Source: an uncultured Clostridia bacterium
GTDB taxonomy: Bacteria; Bacillota; Clostridia; Christensenellales; UBA1242
Assembly (NCBI GenBank): GCA_944362545.1
Contig: CALVTJ010000001.1
Coordinates: 128,500 to 192,499 of the forward strand
DNA: 64,000 bases
Reading direction: 5' to 3'
Notes under the pieces: model-generated
What the model saw: the letters and a program-made list of their open reading frames with translations, nothing else
What the model was told of the DNA's origin: nothing
Databases searched by the model: none
In this document: positions 28,193-36,847 of the stretch, piece after piece
How positions within the stretch are numbered: the first letter of the stretch is position 1
Layout: the number at the start of each line of letters is the position of its first letter
Position numbers and translations under genes: made by a program

Positions 28193-29542
28193 ATGCAAGA
28201 CATAAATGTTATTTGGCAAGAAATTTTGGAAAAGTTGGAACTGCGTATTTCATCAGTTTCTTTTATGCTTTGGATAAAGACCATAAAGCCTGTTGATATT
28301 GATGATAAGGACAATTTTATCATTGCCGCTCAATCTGTTTCGGCAAAAAATCAAATTTTGAGAAACTTTATCGACAAAATCAACGATTGTTGCTTTGAAG
28401 TCATTGGCAGACCTCTCAAAATTGTGGTGCTTGACCCAAATGAAGAGATTGAATATCTCAAAGACCATCGTGTTGAAGAAAAAAATTCCGCTTCCACAGA
28501 AGAAAAAAATCCGTTTGTGGAAAAATTTACATTTGACAATTTTGTTGTCGGCAAGAGCAATCAATTTGTCTATGCCGCTGCAAGAACTGTTGCAGAACAT
28601 CCAGGCAAAAGATACAATCCACTTTTTATATATGGTGCTTCCGGACTTGGAAAAACTCATCTTTTGCACGCTATTGGAAATTATATAAGAGAATATCAAC
28701 CAGAACTAAAAATCAAATATGTCACTTGTGAACAATTTACAAATGACTATATATCATCGCTCTATTCTCCATCCAAAAACAAGGCCATTATGGATTTTCG
28801 TGAAAAATATCGCAATCTCGATGTTTTGATGGTGGATGATATACAATTTATCTCAAACAAAAAAGAAACACAGGAAGAATTTTTCCACACTTTCAACGAA
28901 ATGACATTGTCAAACAAACAAGTTATCATCTGCTCCGACCGTCCCCCAAAGGAAATATCCACTTTGGAAGACAGACTTCGCACGCGCTTTTCAAGTGGAC
29001 TTATTCATGACATTCAAAAACCGGACATTGAAACACGCATTGCCATTTTGCACAAAAAGAGTCAACTTGAAAAATATTATGCCGAAGATGATGTGATAAA
29101 TTACATCGCCGAACATGTCGACACAAATATAAGAGAACTTGAAGGCAAACTTTCTGAAGTTTATTTTCTTGCCACCCTTTCCGGCAAAAAAGTTGCCACC
29201 ATGGAAGAGGTCAAAGACATCTTTTCAAATCAAAAAGAAGAACTCAAAAACGACCTTACACCAGACAAGATTATCTCGGTTGTGTGTGACTATTTCAACA
29301 TCTCTTATCAAGATATAACAGGCAAGAAAAAGAGCAAAGAGATTGTCGAGCCAAGAATGATTGCTATCTATCTCATCTCCGAACTTTTAAATCTTCCACT
29401 TGTCAACATTGGGAAACTCTTCGGCGGGCGTGACCACACAACAATCATGCACTCTCGTGACAAAATCACTCAGGACCTTAAAAACAACAAAAAGACACAA
29501 GCCATTGTTAACGACATAAAAAATTCTTTGAGTGTTGACTAG
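28193..29542 (+). CDS. dnaA: chromosomal replication initiator protein DnaA
   Basis: An AAA+ Walker A motif GASGLGKTHLLHAIGN, LLMVDDIQF, and a C-terminal DNA-binding helix GGRDHTTIMHSRDKI. The ATG at 28193 lies 6 nt after GGAG; the ORF track offers TTG 28181. Confidence 0.95.
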   Translation: MQDINVIWQEILEKLELRISSVSFMLWIKTIKPVDIDDKDNFIIAAQSVSAKNQILRNFIDKINDCCFEVIGRPLKIVVLDPNEEIEYLKDHRVEEKNSASTEEKNPFVEKFTFDNFVVGKSNQFVYAAARTVAEHPGKRYNPLFIYGASGLGKTHLLHAIGNYIREYQPELKIKYVTCEQFTNDYISSLYSPSKNKAIMDFREKYRNLDVLMVDDIQFISNKKETQEEFFHTFNEMTLSNKQVIICSDRPPKEISTLEDRLRTRFSSGLIHDIQKPDIETRIAILHKKSQLEKYYAEDDVINYIAEHVDTNIRELEGKLSEVYFLATLSGKKVATMEEVKDIFSNQKEELKNDLTPDKIISVVCDYFNISYQDITGKKKSKEIVEPRMIAIYLISELLNLPLVNIGKLFGGRDHTTIMHSRDKITQDLKNNKKTQAIVNDIKNSLSVD

Positions 29543-29572
29543 AAAAAGTTGTCAACATTGTCAAAGTGAAAA

Positions 29573-29870
29573 TGTGTATAACTTTTCGTGTTTATCCACA
29601 TACTTATCCACATAAAAACCGGAGCAAAAAATCAAATATGTTGTGTCTAACTTGCTAAAAATCACACCACATATTGTACTCAAAATTTGTCAAATGAAAG
29701 TTATGCACATATCCACAGGTGCTTATTAAGAGTGATATTACATAAACAAAAAAAATTAAAATATAAATTTAGTAAGGCTCGCGTAGGCACGAACGAAAAA
29801 ATGTTTGAAATTTAAAATTATTTTAAAAATTCACTTTATTTTTTTAGCCCGATGTGTTATAATCAAGATA
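29573..29870. other. oriC (DnaA-box cluster plus AT-rich unwinding region) in the dnaA-dnaN spacer
   Basis: There are two perfect TTATCCACA boxes (29592-29600 and 29604-29612). One-mismatch boxes are TGTGTATAA (29573-29581, reverse orientation) and ATATCCACA (29709-29717). Long A/T runs follow at about 29745-29770 and 29797-29850. Confidence 0.75.
29855..29863 (+). promoter_or_regulatory. extended -10 element of the dnaN promoter
   Basis: TGtTATAAT at 29855-29863, about 60 nt before the dnaN ATG. Confidence 0.4.
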
Positions 29871-29925
29871 AGTGAATTTTTTGTTCACAAATTCAAAAGG
29901 ACAATCAGTCCACAAGGAGAACAAA

Positions 29926-31026
29926 ATGTTAGTTTCATGTCATGGTATAGACCTTTCAGATGCTTTCTTGAGCGTTAGCAAAGCGATTTCAAGCAAAATC
30001 ACAAATCCTATTTTGGAAGGTATCAAGATTGTAGCCGAAGATGACACTTTGACTTTGAGTGCCACCGACACAGAACTTTCCATTGAAAAGAAAATCAAGG
30101 CAAACATCAAAACCGAAGGCGAAGCCGTTGTGCCAGGAAAGTTTATCACGGAGTTTATCAAAAAATTGACAAATGAAATGATAGAGCTTGAACTCAACGA
30201 CAAAAATCAAATGATTATCAAATACGATGACAGCCAAAGCATCATCCAGTGCTACAATGTTTTGGAATATCCAAGTTTCAAAACTGTTGAGAGTATGCAA
30301 TATTTTGGAATCTCCAAAAAAGACCTTAGAACTGTTATAAACAAAACCATCTTCTCTGTCGCTGTTGATGATGCAAGACCAATCCTTAAAGGTGTACTTT
30401 TTGACATTGACAAAAATGTGTTAAACGCCGTTGCACTTGATGGCTACAGACTTGCAAAGGTTAAGAAAAATATAGTTTCCAATTTGACAATGGGCATTGT
30501 TGTTCCAGCAAAGAGTTTAGCAGAAATCTCTCGACTTTTGGATGACAGTGATGACATCATCAATGTTTATGTGGACAAGAGCACTCTTATGGTGGACTTT
30601 GGCGACACAAAACTCACCACCCGCCTCTTGGAAGGTGACTTTGTCAATTACAAACAAATCATCGCTGCAAACTATGAGACAATTTGTGTTATTAACAAAG
30701 AACAATTTGAAGATGCGCTTGAAAGAGCATCACTTTTGTCGAAGGTTGGGCAAGGAAACTGTGTAAAGTTTGATGTTAAAGAAAAGAACCTTTGCATCAC
30801 ATCAAACAGTGAAATTGGAAATGTCAAAGAAAATGTGCCAATCAATATGACAGGCAAGGAACTTTTGATTGCATTTAATGCAAGATACTTCATTGAAAAT
30901 TTGAGAGCAAACACAGATGAGTTTGTCAGACTTTGCTTCAATTCTCCAGCAAATCCATGCGTGATTGTGCCGGTTGAAGGTGATGAATTTTTGTATTTGA
31001 TTTTACCAGTTAGAATGATTGGTTAA
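29926..31026 (+). CDS. dnaN: DNA polymerase III beta sliding clamp
   Basis: It lies directly after dnaA/oriC. The 366-aa protein has a three-domain-length beta-clamp profile (LEGIKIVAEDDTLTLSATD..., ...LILPVRM). The ATG is preceded by AGGAGA. Confidence 0.9.
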   Translation: MLVSCHGIDLSDAFLSVSKAISSKITNPILEGIKIVAEDDTLTLSATDTELSIEKKIKANIKTEGEAVVPGKFITEFIKKLTNEMIELELNDKNQMIIKYDDSQSIIQCYNVLEYPSFKTVESMQYFGISKKDLRTVINKTIFSVAVDDARPILKGVLFDIDKNVLNAVALDGYRLAKVKKNIVSNLTMGIVVPAKSLAEISRLLDDSDDIINVYVDKSTLMVDFGDTKLTTRLLEGDFVNYKQIIAANYETICVINKEQFEDALERASLLSKVGQGNCVKFDVKEKNLCITSNSEIGNVKENVPINMTGKELLIAFNARYFIENLRANTDEFVRLCFNSPANPCVIVPVEGDEFLYLILPVRMIG

Positions 31027-31045
31027 AAGAAAAATTTTTAAAGAG

Positions 31046-31076
31046 AAAAGACACATCAAATTTGATGTGTCTTTTT
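31046..31076 (+). terminator. intrinsic terminator after dnaN
   Basis: aaaagacacatcaaa / tttgatgtgtcttttt hairpin. Confidence 0.65.
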
Positions 31077-31201
31077 GATATTGTTAATTTTTTAACTTCG
31101 AAAAAATGCCAGGGTAAGAAAAATTTAAAAGAACCATAAATAACTGACAAAAAATGTCAAAATAAAAACCTTGTTTATCGAAAAAATGAAGGCATCATTG
31201 G

Positions 31202-31230
31202 TTGACAAAAGAAAAAAATTTAGATATAAT
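31202..31230 (+). promoter_or_regulatory. rpmH operon promoter
   Basis: TTGACA (31202-31207), a 17-nt spacer and TATAAT (31225-31230). Confidence 0.65.
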
Positions 31231-31283
31231 ACCACCGTAAACCTTTTTGCAACAGAAAAATTTACTAAAATAAGGAGAAAAAA

Positions 31284-31418
31284 ATGAAAAGAACATATCA
31301 ACCTAAAAAGAGACAAAAACAAAAAGTTCATGGTTTTCGTCAAAGAATGAGAACTCAAGGCGGAAGAAAGACTTTGAAGAGAAGAAGAAACAGAGGCAGA
31401 AAAGTTATCTCTGCATAA
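31284..31418 (+). CDS. rpmH: 50S ribosomal protein L34
   Basis: This gene is below the ORF-track size cut-off. My translation is [44 protein letters not shown], preceded by AAGGAGA. Confidence 0.95.
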   Translation: MKRTYQPKKRQKQKVHGFRQRMRTQGGRKTLKRRRNRGRKVISA

Positions 31419-31427
31419 GGCTTGAAC

Positions 31428-31760
31428 ATGGACCACAGACTTAGAAAAAACAATCAATTTTCTTACATCTACAAAAAGGGCGAAAGAACACATACCGAAC
31501 ACTTCACTCTCTTTGCAGTGAAAAGCAAATATGAAAATTTCAAGATTGGTTTTTCAATAAACAAAAAACTTGGAAAAGCAAACAAAAGAAATTTGCTTAA
31601 AAGAAGGATGAGAGAGATTTGCAGACTCTATGTCAAGATTCCTTCTTTTTGTAATTATGTTGTCATGGCAAAAGAAGGTGCAACCGCATTGTCTTTTGAA
31701 AATTTAAAGACAGAACTTGTCAAGTTGTTTGAAAAATATGAAAGCAAAAAACATTCTTAA
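31428..31760 (+). CDS. rnpA: ribonuclease P protein component
   Basis: It immediately follows rpmH. The sequence LRKNNQFSYIYKKGERTHTEHFTLF... is a basic RnpA-like protein. The start is ATG 31428 or TTG 31422. Confidence 0.85.
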   Translation: MDHRLRKNNQFSYIYKKGERTHTEHFTLFAVKSKYENFKIGFSINKKLGKANKRNLLKRRMREICRLYVKIPSFCNYVVMAKEGATALSFENLKTELVKLFEKYESKKHS

Positions 31761-32001
31761 AAAAGTAGCACTGCTACCGGTCTATATTTATAAATATGCC
31801 ATTTCTCCACTGATTCCACACGCATGTATCTTTACACCAAGTTGCAGTAATTATATGATAAAAGCAGTGGAAGAATTTGGAATTTTCAAAGGTTTTTGGC
31901 TTGGCATAAAAAGACTTTGCAGATGTGTTCCATGGCAAAAGAAGAGAGGTTATGATCCCGTTCCTATAAACATAAAAGGAGACAATCTATGGATTTTATA
32001 A
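31738..32001 (+). CDS. yidD: membrane protein insertion efficiency factor YidD
   Basis: YKYAISPLIPHACIFTPSCSNYMIKAVEEFGIFKGFWLGIKRLCRCVPW is the conserved YidD motif. The gene overlaps the rnpA 3' end. Confidence 0.9.
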   Translation: MKAKNILKKVALLPVYIYKYAISPLIPHACIFTPSCSNYMIKAVEEFGIFKGFWLGIKRLCRCVPWQKKRGYDPVPINIKGDNLWIL

Positions 32002-33383
32002 GCACCGCCCTTGTCACCATAAGCCAACCTACAGGTTTTTGGGAAACAATCTTAAATGCGTTTAGAGGTGCAACCGGCACGTATATTATGGCGGTTATTT
32101 TGTTGGCACTCATTGTGAGAATTTTGTTTGCACTTGTTGACATCATAAATAAAAAGGTCAACATGAAAAATTCCGACTTAAATGCAAAGATGCGCCCAGA
32201 ACTTGAGGCTATTCAAAAGAGATATGGTCATGATCAACGCCTTTTGCAACAAAAAACAAACGAAATTTACAAAAAATATCAATTTTCCATGTTGGGAAGC
32301 TGTTTGCCAATGCTCATTACCATGGCCCTTCAACTGACCGTGTTTTTGACACTTTGGAATTCTCTTCAAGCGGTCTCAAACTTTAATATTGTCAATCAAT
32401 ATGAAAACATGAAAGATTTATACGCAAATGTAATTTATCTAAACGAAAATGATGATGATCCGAGTGTCGCTCACATCAAAGACACAATCACATCACATAT
32501 TGAAACTGAAACACCTTATACTATTGATGCTGAAATTGATATTGAAGCAAATCAACTTGTTATTACAATCACTGATGAAAGCGGAAATGATGTTTCAAGA
32601 ATTGATTTTAATCCAGCTATTGAAAATAATGAAATTTATCGCTTGATTGCACAGTATGTTGGACTTCCTACAGATGAAAATCCAGATGATAGTGAACAAC
32701 CTGCCGAAGAGGGAATGGTTGAGCAAACAGATGAAACTGTCGAAGAACAACCAGAGGAACCGACAGAACCGCAACTGCCAACTTATGAATATATTGACAC
32801 TGGCTTCAACGAGATTTTCAAGACCTTGGCAGAAAGGAGTGTGGAAGAATATTACAAAAACACACAGGAAGGCTTTTTGTGGATAAAGAACATCTATAAG
32901 CCAGAATCGCCAACAAGTCCACTCTTTACAAAGAGCGAAATTGAGAACTATATGTCAAGATACTACACCGAAGAAGAAAGAGTGGAAGAAGAAAACTTTG
33001 ACTATGAAGGCAGAATTTTTGACAATGTTGTGGCAGGAATTGACACGCAGGCACTTGGACTTAATGGTTATTACATTTTGACTATCATTGCAGTTATTTC
33101 ATCCTTCCTTTCAATTTGGCTTTCAAACAAACTTATGCAAAAGAAGGGAGAACCAAAACAGGCTGGCGGAAAACTTATGTATTTCATCATGCCAATCATA
33201 ATCGGTATTTTCACATTTATGTATACAAGTTTGTTTGCCATCTATTTGATTGTCGGTCAACTTGTCATGATAGCATTGACACCACTGACAACTTGGATTG
33301 TGAGAAAGTGGATTGAAGCGGATGCGAAAAAGAAGAAAGAAAAAGATGTCATTGAAGTTGACTACCGCCGAAAAGATATGTAA
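31989..33383 (+). CDS. yidC: membrane protein insertase YidC/Oxa1 family with a large acidic insertion
   Basis: The YidC core is recognisable: a TM helix, a coiled C1 region (MRPELEAIQKRYGHDQRLLQQKTNEIYKKY), a TM helix (CLPMLITMALQLTVF), GFLWIKNIYKPE, then three C-terminal TM helices and a basic tail. The ATG is preceded by GGAGA. Confidence 0.85.
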   Translation: MDFISTALVTISQPTGFWETILNAFRGATGTYIMAVILLALIVRILFALVDIINKKVNMKNSDLNAKMRPELEAIQKRYGHDQRLLQQKTNEIYKKYQFSMLGSCLPMLITMALQLTVFLTLWNSLQAVSNFNIVNQYENMKDLYANVIYLNENDDDPSVAHIKDTITSHIETETPYTIDAEIDIEANQLVITITDESGNDVSRIDFNPAIENNEIYRLIAQYVGLPTDENPDDSEQPAEEGMVEQTDETVEEQPEEPTEPQLPTYEYIDTGFNEIFKTLAERSVEEYYKNTQEGFLWIKNIYKPESPTSPLFTKSEIENYMSRYYTEEERVEEENFDYEGRIFDNVVAGIDTQALGLNGYYILTIIAVISSFLSIWLSNKLMQKKGEPKQAGGKLMYFIMPIIIGIFTFMYTSLFAIYLIVGQLVMIALTPLTTWIVRKWIEADAKKKKEKDVIEVDYRRKDM

Positions 33384-33402
33384 AAAGTAAAAAATTGAGA
33401 AA

Positions 33403-33432
33403 AGATAGCGCATTTTTGTGCTATCTTTTTTA
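33403..33432. terminator. intrinsic terminator (AGATAGCG stem family)
   Basis: aaAGATAGCGC attttt GTGCTATCTttttt. Confidence 0.65.
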
Positions 33433-33487
33433 TTAAAGAAAAATAATTTTTCAAACAATTTTTTGCATTTTAAAAAATGACAGAAAA

Positions 33488-34528
33488 TTATTGCAAATTA
33501 TTCAAATTTGTCAAAGAGTTCCATGTGTTTGCACCGACAATTCCATCAACGGAAAGCGACCTGTCTTGTTGATATTGTCTAACTGCATTTTCTGTTCGTG
33601 TGCCAAAAACGCCATCTATTGTGCCGACAGGGATGAGATTGCTTTCAAGAAGTTGTTGCAAAAATGTCACATATTGTCCAGAATTCCCGCGCCTTAAAGT
33701 CGGATAAGGTGAAAGTGTCAAAAGTGTTCTCCAAGTGTTTTGACCGACAAGACCATCGACAGAAAGATTGTTTGCACTTTGAAAAGCACGAACAGCGCGT
33801 TCTGTTGATGAACCGAAAATTCCATCAATGGAAAGATTATTCCCAAGTTGATTGAGCAAAAATTGGAGCAAAAAGACAAAATTGTTTCTGCTTCCGTTTC
33901 GAAGAAGTGGATAATTTGCAAGGTTGTCGCGTGGAAGATAACTTACGCCCAAAAAGTCACACACTCCGTGGCACGCCTGCTCACCGACTTCCGTTTGAAA
34001 AAGAGGATTTATCATCAGTTGCGCTTCTCGAAGATTTGTCATAAATCCCGCTTCAATGAGGGATGACACGCAGTTCACATTTGACAAAACTCCGACATCC
34101 AAAGTTTTCACACCCCTGCCATTTTGTGAAGTGCCTTCTATCAATCGTTCATACATGTCAGTGGCAAGTTGCCTGCTTTGTGTGGCTTTTGGATTTGATG
34201 GAGAATAAAACACTTCAAGTCCGCTTGTTGAATTGAAATCTGTGCCATAGGCATTGTAGGCAAATGTGACAAGCGCGGTCAAATTTTGTCTGTTTATTCG
34301 GCGCACGCGCTCGGTTATGGAAATGTCATAAAGTTCTGGCTTGACATCATAAACCGAAAAGCCTTGCCTTAAACACGCTTCAATAAACTTGTTTTTCGCC
34401 GCTCTGTTAAATTCGTTTTCATATATCTGTCTCTCCAGACCTGGCACAACAGGTGTGCGCTTGCCTGGTGTTGGCGGTTGAACACCGTGTTCATCATTTG
34501 CACCTATATAATACATATCGTTTGCCAT
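33488..34528 (-). CDS. N-acetylmuramoyl-L-alanine amidase (Amidase_3-like) with two C-terminal PG_binding_1 repeats
   Basis: The start is trimmed to an ATG preceded by AAAGGAG. The amidase core includes ALVTFAYNAYG... and LIEAGFMTN. Two repeats of the IDG-FG..T..AV..FQ....L..DG.VG..TW type are present (LSIDGIFGSSTERAVRAFQSANNLSVDGLVGQNTW and GTIDGVFGTRTENAVRQYQQDRSLSVDGIVGANTW). Confidence 0.8.
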   Translation of the reverse strand: MANDMYYIGANDEHGVQPPTPGKRTPVVPGLERQIYENEFNRAAKNKFIEACLRQGFSVYDVKPELYDISITERVRRINRQNLTALVTFAYNAYGTDFNSTSGLEVFYSPSNPKATQSRQLATDMYERLIEGTSQNGRGVKTLDVGVLSNVNCVSSLIEAGFMTNLREAQLMINPLFQTEVGEQACHGVCDFLGVSYLPRDNLANYPLLRNGSRNNFVFLLQFLLNQLGNNLSIDGIFGSSTERAVRAFQSANNLSVDGLVGQNTWRTLLTLSPYPTLRRGNSGQYVTFLQQLLESNLIPVGTIDGVFGTRTENAVRQYQQDRSLSVDGIVGANTWNSLTNLNNLQ

Positions 34529-34628
34529 AAAAACTCCTTTCAGGAATTTATATGAATTGAAAAACAATTTTGTCTCCGATTTGGAAAATTTTTGAGATTG
34601 TGATATTATTATTTCAAGGAGAGATAGG

Positions 34629-35507
34629 ATGAGTGTCACAAATGGAAAAGAACTTGCAAAAGAAATCAAAGAAAATGTCAAAAAAAAGGTATATGAAAAT
34701 TACATAAGCAAAAACAGGGATGTACCATGTCTTGTGTGCATCATTGTTGGAGATGACAAGGCAAGCAAAGTCTATGTAAATTCAAAGAAAAAAGCCTGCG
34801 AAGAGTGCGGAATCAAGTCGCTTGTCTATCAGTTGCCGGCGGACACAACAAAAGAATTTTTGCTTGATTTCTTAAATAAACTCAACGCCGACAAAACGGT
34901 TTCTGGAATTTTGGTGCAACTGCCACTTCCTGAAAAACTTGACAAAGACAGAGATGAAATCATAAACACCATTTTGCCAAGTAAGGACGTTGATTGTCTT
35001 ACACATGAAAATCTTGGAAGATTGTTTGCAGGAGTTGGCACAATCGCCCCTTGCACTGCAACAGGAATTATCAAGATTTTGGAGCATGAAAAGTTTGATA
35101 TTGATGGCAAGGATGCGGTGGTGATTGGAAGAAGTTTGCTTGTTGGAAAGAGTGTCTCATCACTTTTGCAATCTAAAAACGCCACAGTGACAAATTGTCA
35201 CAGTCACACTAAAAACTTGAAAGAAAAATGCCAAAACGCTGATATTTTGATTGTGGCAGTTGGCAAACCGAAAATGATTAAGAAAGATTTTGTCAAAGAT
35301 GGTGCATTTGTAATAGATGTTGGAATAAATCGCACAGAAAACGGACTTGTGGGAGATGTGGATTTTGAAAGTGTCAAAGACAAGTGCTCATATATCACCC
35401 CTGTGCCGGGTGGAGTTGGTCCTCTGACAGTGGCATGCCTTATGGAAAACACCTTGCTTTTGCACGAAAAGGCAAAAGAGAACACAAAGTGTGTAAATTT
35501 GGAATAA
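34629..35507 (+). CDS. folD: bifunctional methylenetetrahydrofolate dehydrogenase/cyclohydrolase
   Basis: Motifs VGDDKASKVYVNSKKKACEECGI, GILVQLPLP, VVIGRSLLVGKS and TPVPGGVGPLTVA. The ATG is preceded by AAGGAGAG. Confidence 0.92.
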   Translation: MSVTNGKELAKEIKENVKKKVYENYISKNRDVPCLVCIIVGDDKASKVYVNSKKKACEECGIKSLVYQLPADTTKEFLLDFLNKLNADKTVSGILVQLPLPEKLDKDRDEIINTILPSKDVDCLTHENLGRLFAGVGTIAPCTATGIIKILEHEKFDIDGKDAVVIGRSLLVGKSVSSLLQSKNATVTNCHSHTKNLKEKCQNADILIVAVGKPKMIKKDFVKDGAFVIDVGINRTENGLVGDVDFESVKDKCSYITPVPGGVGPLTVACLMENTLLLHEKAKENTKCVNLE

Positions 35508-35603
35508 AAAGTTTAATAAAAAAGAATGATGTTTTGAAAAGCACCATTCTTTTTTTTTAAATAATTTATCATCACAAAAATTGTGAGAGAAAAGTTTTAA
35601 GTT

Positions 35604-36719
35604 TTATGTGAGAGAAAAAGTCATTTTGACAGGATTATGGTCGGAATACATAAAATCGGTGTCAATGTTTTCTATGAGTGAAACAGAAACATTGTTCGAA
35701 ACAATAAATCCATCAATAACCACGCTGTAATTTACTCCTTTTTCATAAGGCATATCTGTTGAGCGACAGGTTGGTGCATTTTTGCTGGATGCAAACGAAA
35801 AGCCATCTGGCAAATCTTCTTCCGTGATTTGAGCCACCCAAGATGGAACAGTTTGTTGAGTATCAAAAGTGTTTAAACTGTCTGCAATGTCGTGATTCCA
35901 ATCTCCACCCGCGATGACATAATTGCCCAGTTCATATTCTTCGCTCAAAATTGTTTTAAGTAATTCGAGTTGTTTGGCTCTAATTTTTCCACCCTCATCG
36001 TAGGCACTCATATGAAGATTGATAAGGACAAGTTGTTTATCCGAACCTTCAATGTTCAACCGATTGACAACAAAGCATCGGTCAAGGTCAAAAAACTTGT
36101 TGAAAAAGCCCATGTCAATTGGAAAGGACCTTCTCACACTTTCGGCAATTTGATATTTTGAAAATGTTGCAATGCCGGAATTTACCGAACCATGCGGATT
36201 TGTGAGTGGATAGAAAAGATATCCGCTGTGAAAATTGCTGGCATAAACAGAAGAATAATCTGCGCCCAAGCCATTTTGCAACATTTCATATTGATTGACA
36301 AAGTGGCTTCGGTCGGAATGTGTGTCCACCTCTTGAAAAAATGCAAAATCGGTGTCTTGATTTTGAATGATTTGCAATGCTCCTGTGGTGTTGTCAAGCA
36401 CAGTCTGTTTGTTTTTGGCACGACTTCCGCTTCCGCTGACCTTTGTGCCATCCAACATCTGCCCAGAATCCATGAAAAAGTCAAAATCTTGCGAATATGC
36501 CCCGAAGCCGATGTTGTAGGTTGTGATGGTGTAATCTTCCCCGATTGAAACTTGAGATGTCTGGCTGTTTGTGATGTCAAGTAAAAGATTGTCTCTTATG
36601 CGATAAAATGTGGCACTTAAATAAATCACATATCCCACCAAAATTAGCACAACAAGTCCAACAATGCCCAGCAAAGTGAACAGTGAAATCTTAAGTGCCT
36701 TTTTTGCTTTTGTATTCAT
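35604..36719 (-). CDS. endonuclease/exonuclease/phosphatase (EEP) family protein, N-terminally membrane anchored
   Basis: An N-terminal TM helix (ISLFTLLGIVGLVVLILVGYVIYL). EEP-like motifs are FAFFQEVD, LINLHMSAY, GGDWNH and a C-terminal YSDHNPV. Confidence 0.75.
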   Translation of the reverse strand: MNTKAKKALKISLFTLLGIVGLVVLILVGYVIYLSATFYRIRDNLLLDITNSQTSQVSIGEDYTITTYNIGFGAYSQDFDFFMDSGQMLDGTKVSGSGSRAKNKQTVLDNTTGALQIIQNQDTDFAFFQEVDTHSDRSHFVNQYEMLQNGLGADYSSVYASNFHSGYLFYPLTNPHGSVNSGIATFSKYQIAESVRRSFPIDMGFFNKFFDLDRCFVVNRLNIEGSDKQLVLINLHMSAYDEGGKIRAKQLELLKTILSEEYELGNYVIAGGDWNHDIADSLNTFDTQQTVPSWVAQITEEDLPDGFSFASSKNAPTCRSTDMPYEKGVNYSVVIDGFIVSNNVSVSLIENIDTDFMYSDHNPVKMTFSLT

Positions 36720-36847
36720 CCAATTATCCCCTTTTGTTAAAAAGAGTATAACATATGAATGAGAAAAAACAAATCAAATAATCACCGAAAAATGTTTTGA
36801 AGAAAAAATTATTTGATATATAATGATAATATTAAGAGGAGGAAGAA

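Noticed and set aside
31125-31502. 125-aa minus-strand ORF covering the rpmH region.
   Set aside because: The plus strand encodes an unmistakable L34 with a consensus promoter and SD sequence, so the minus-strand ORF is a shadow.
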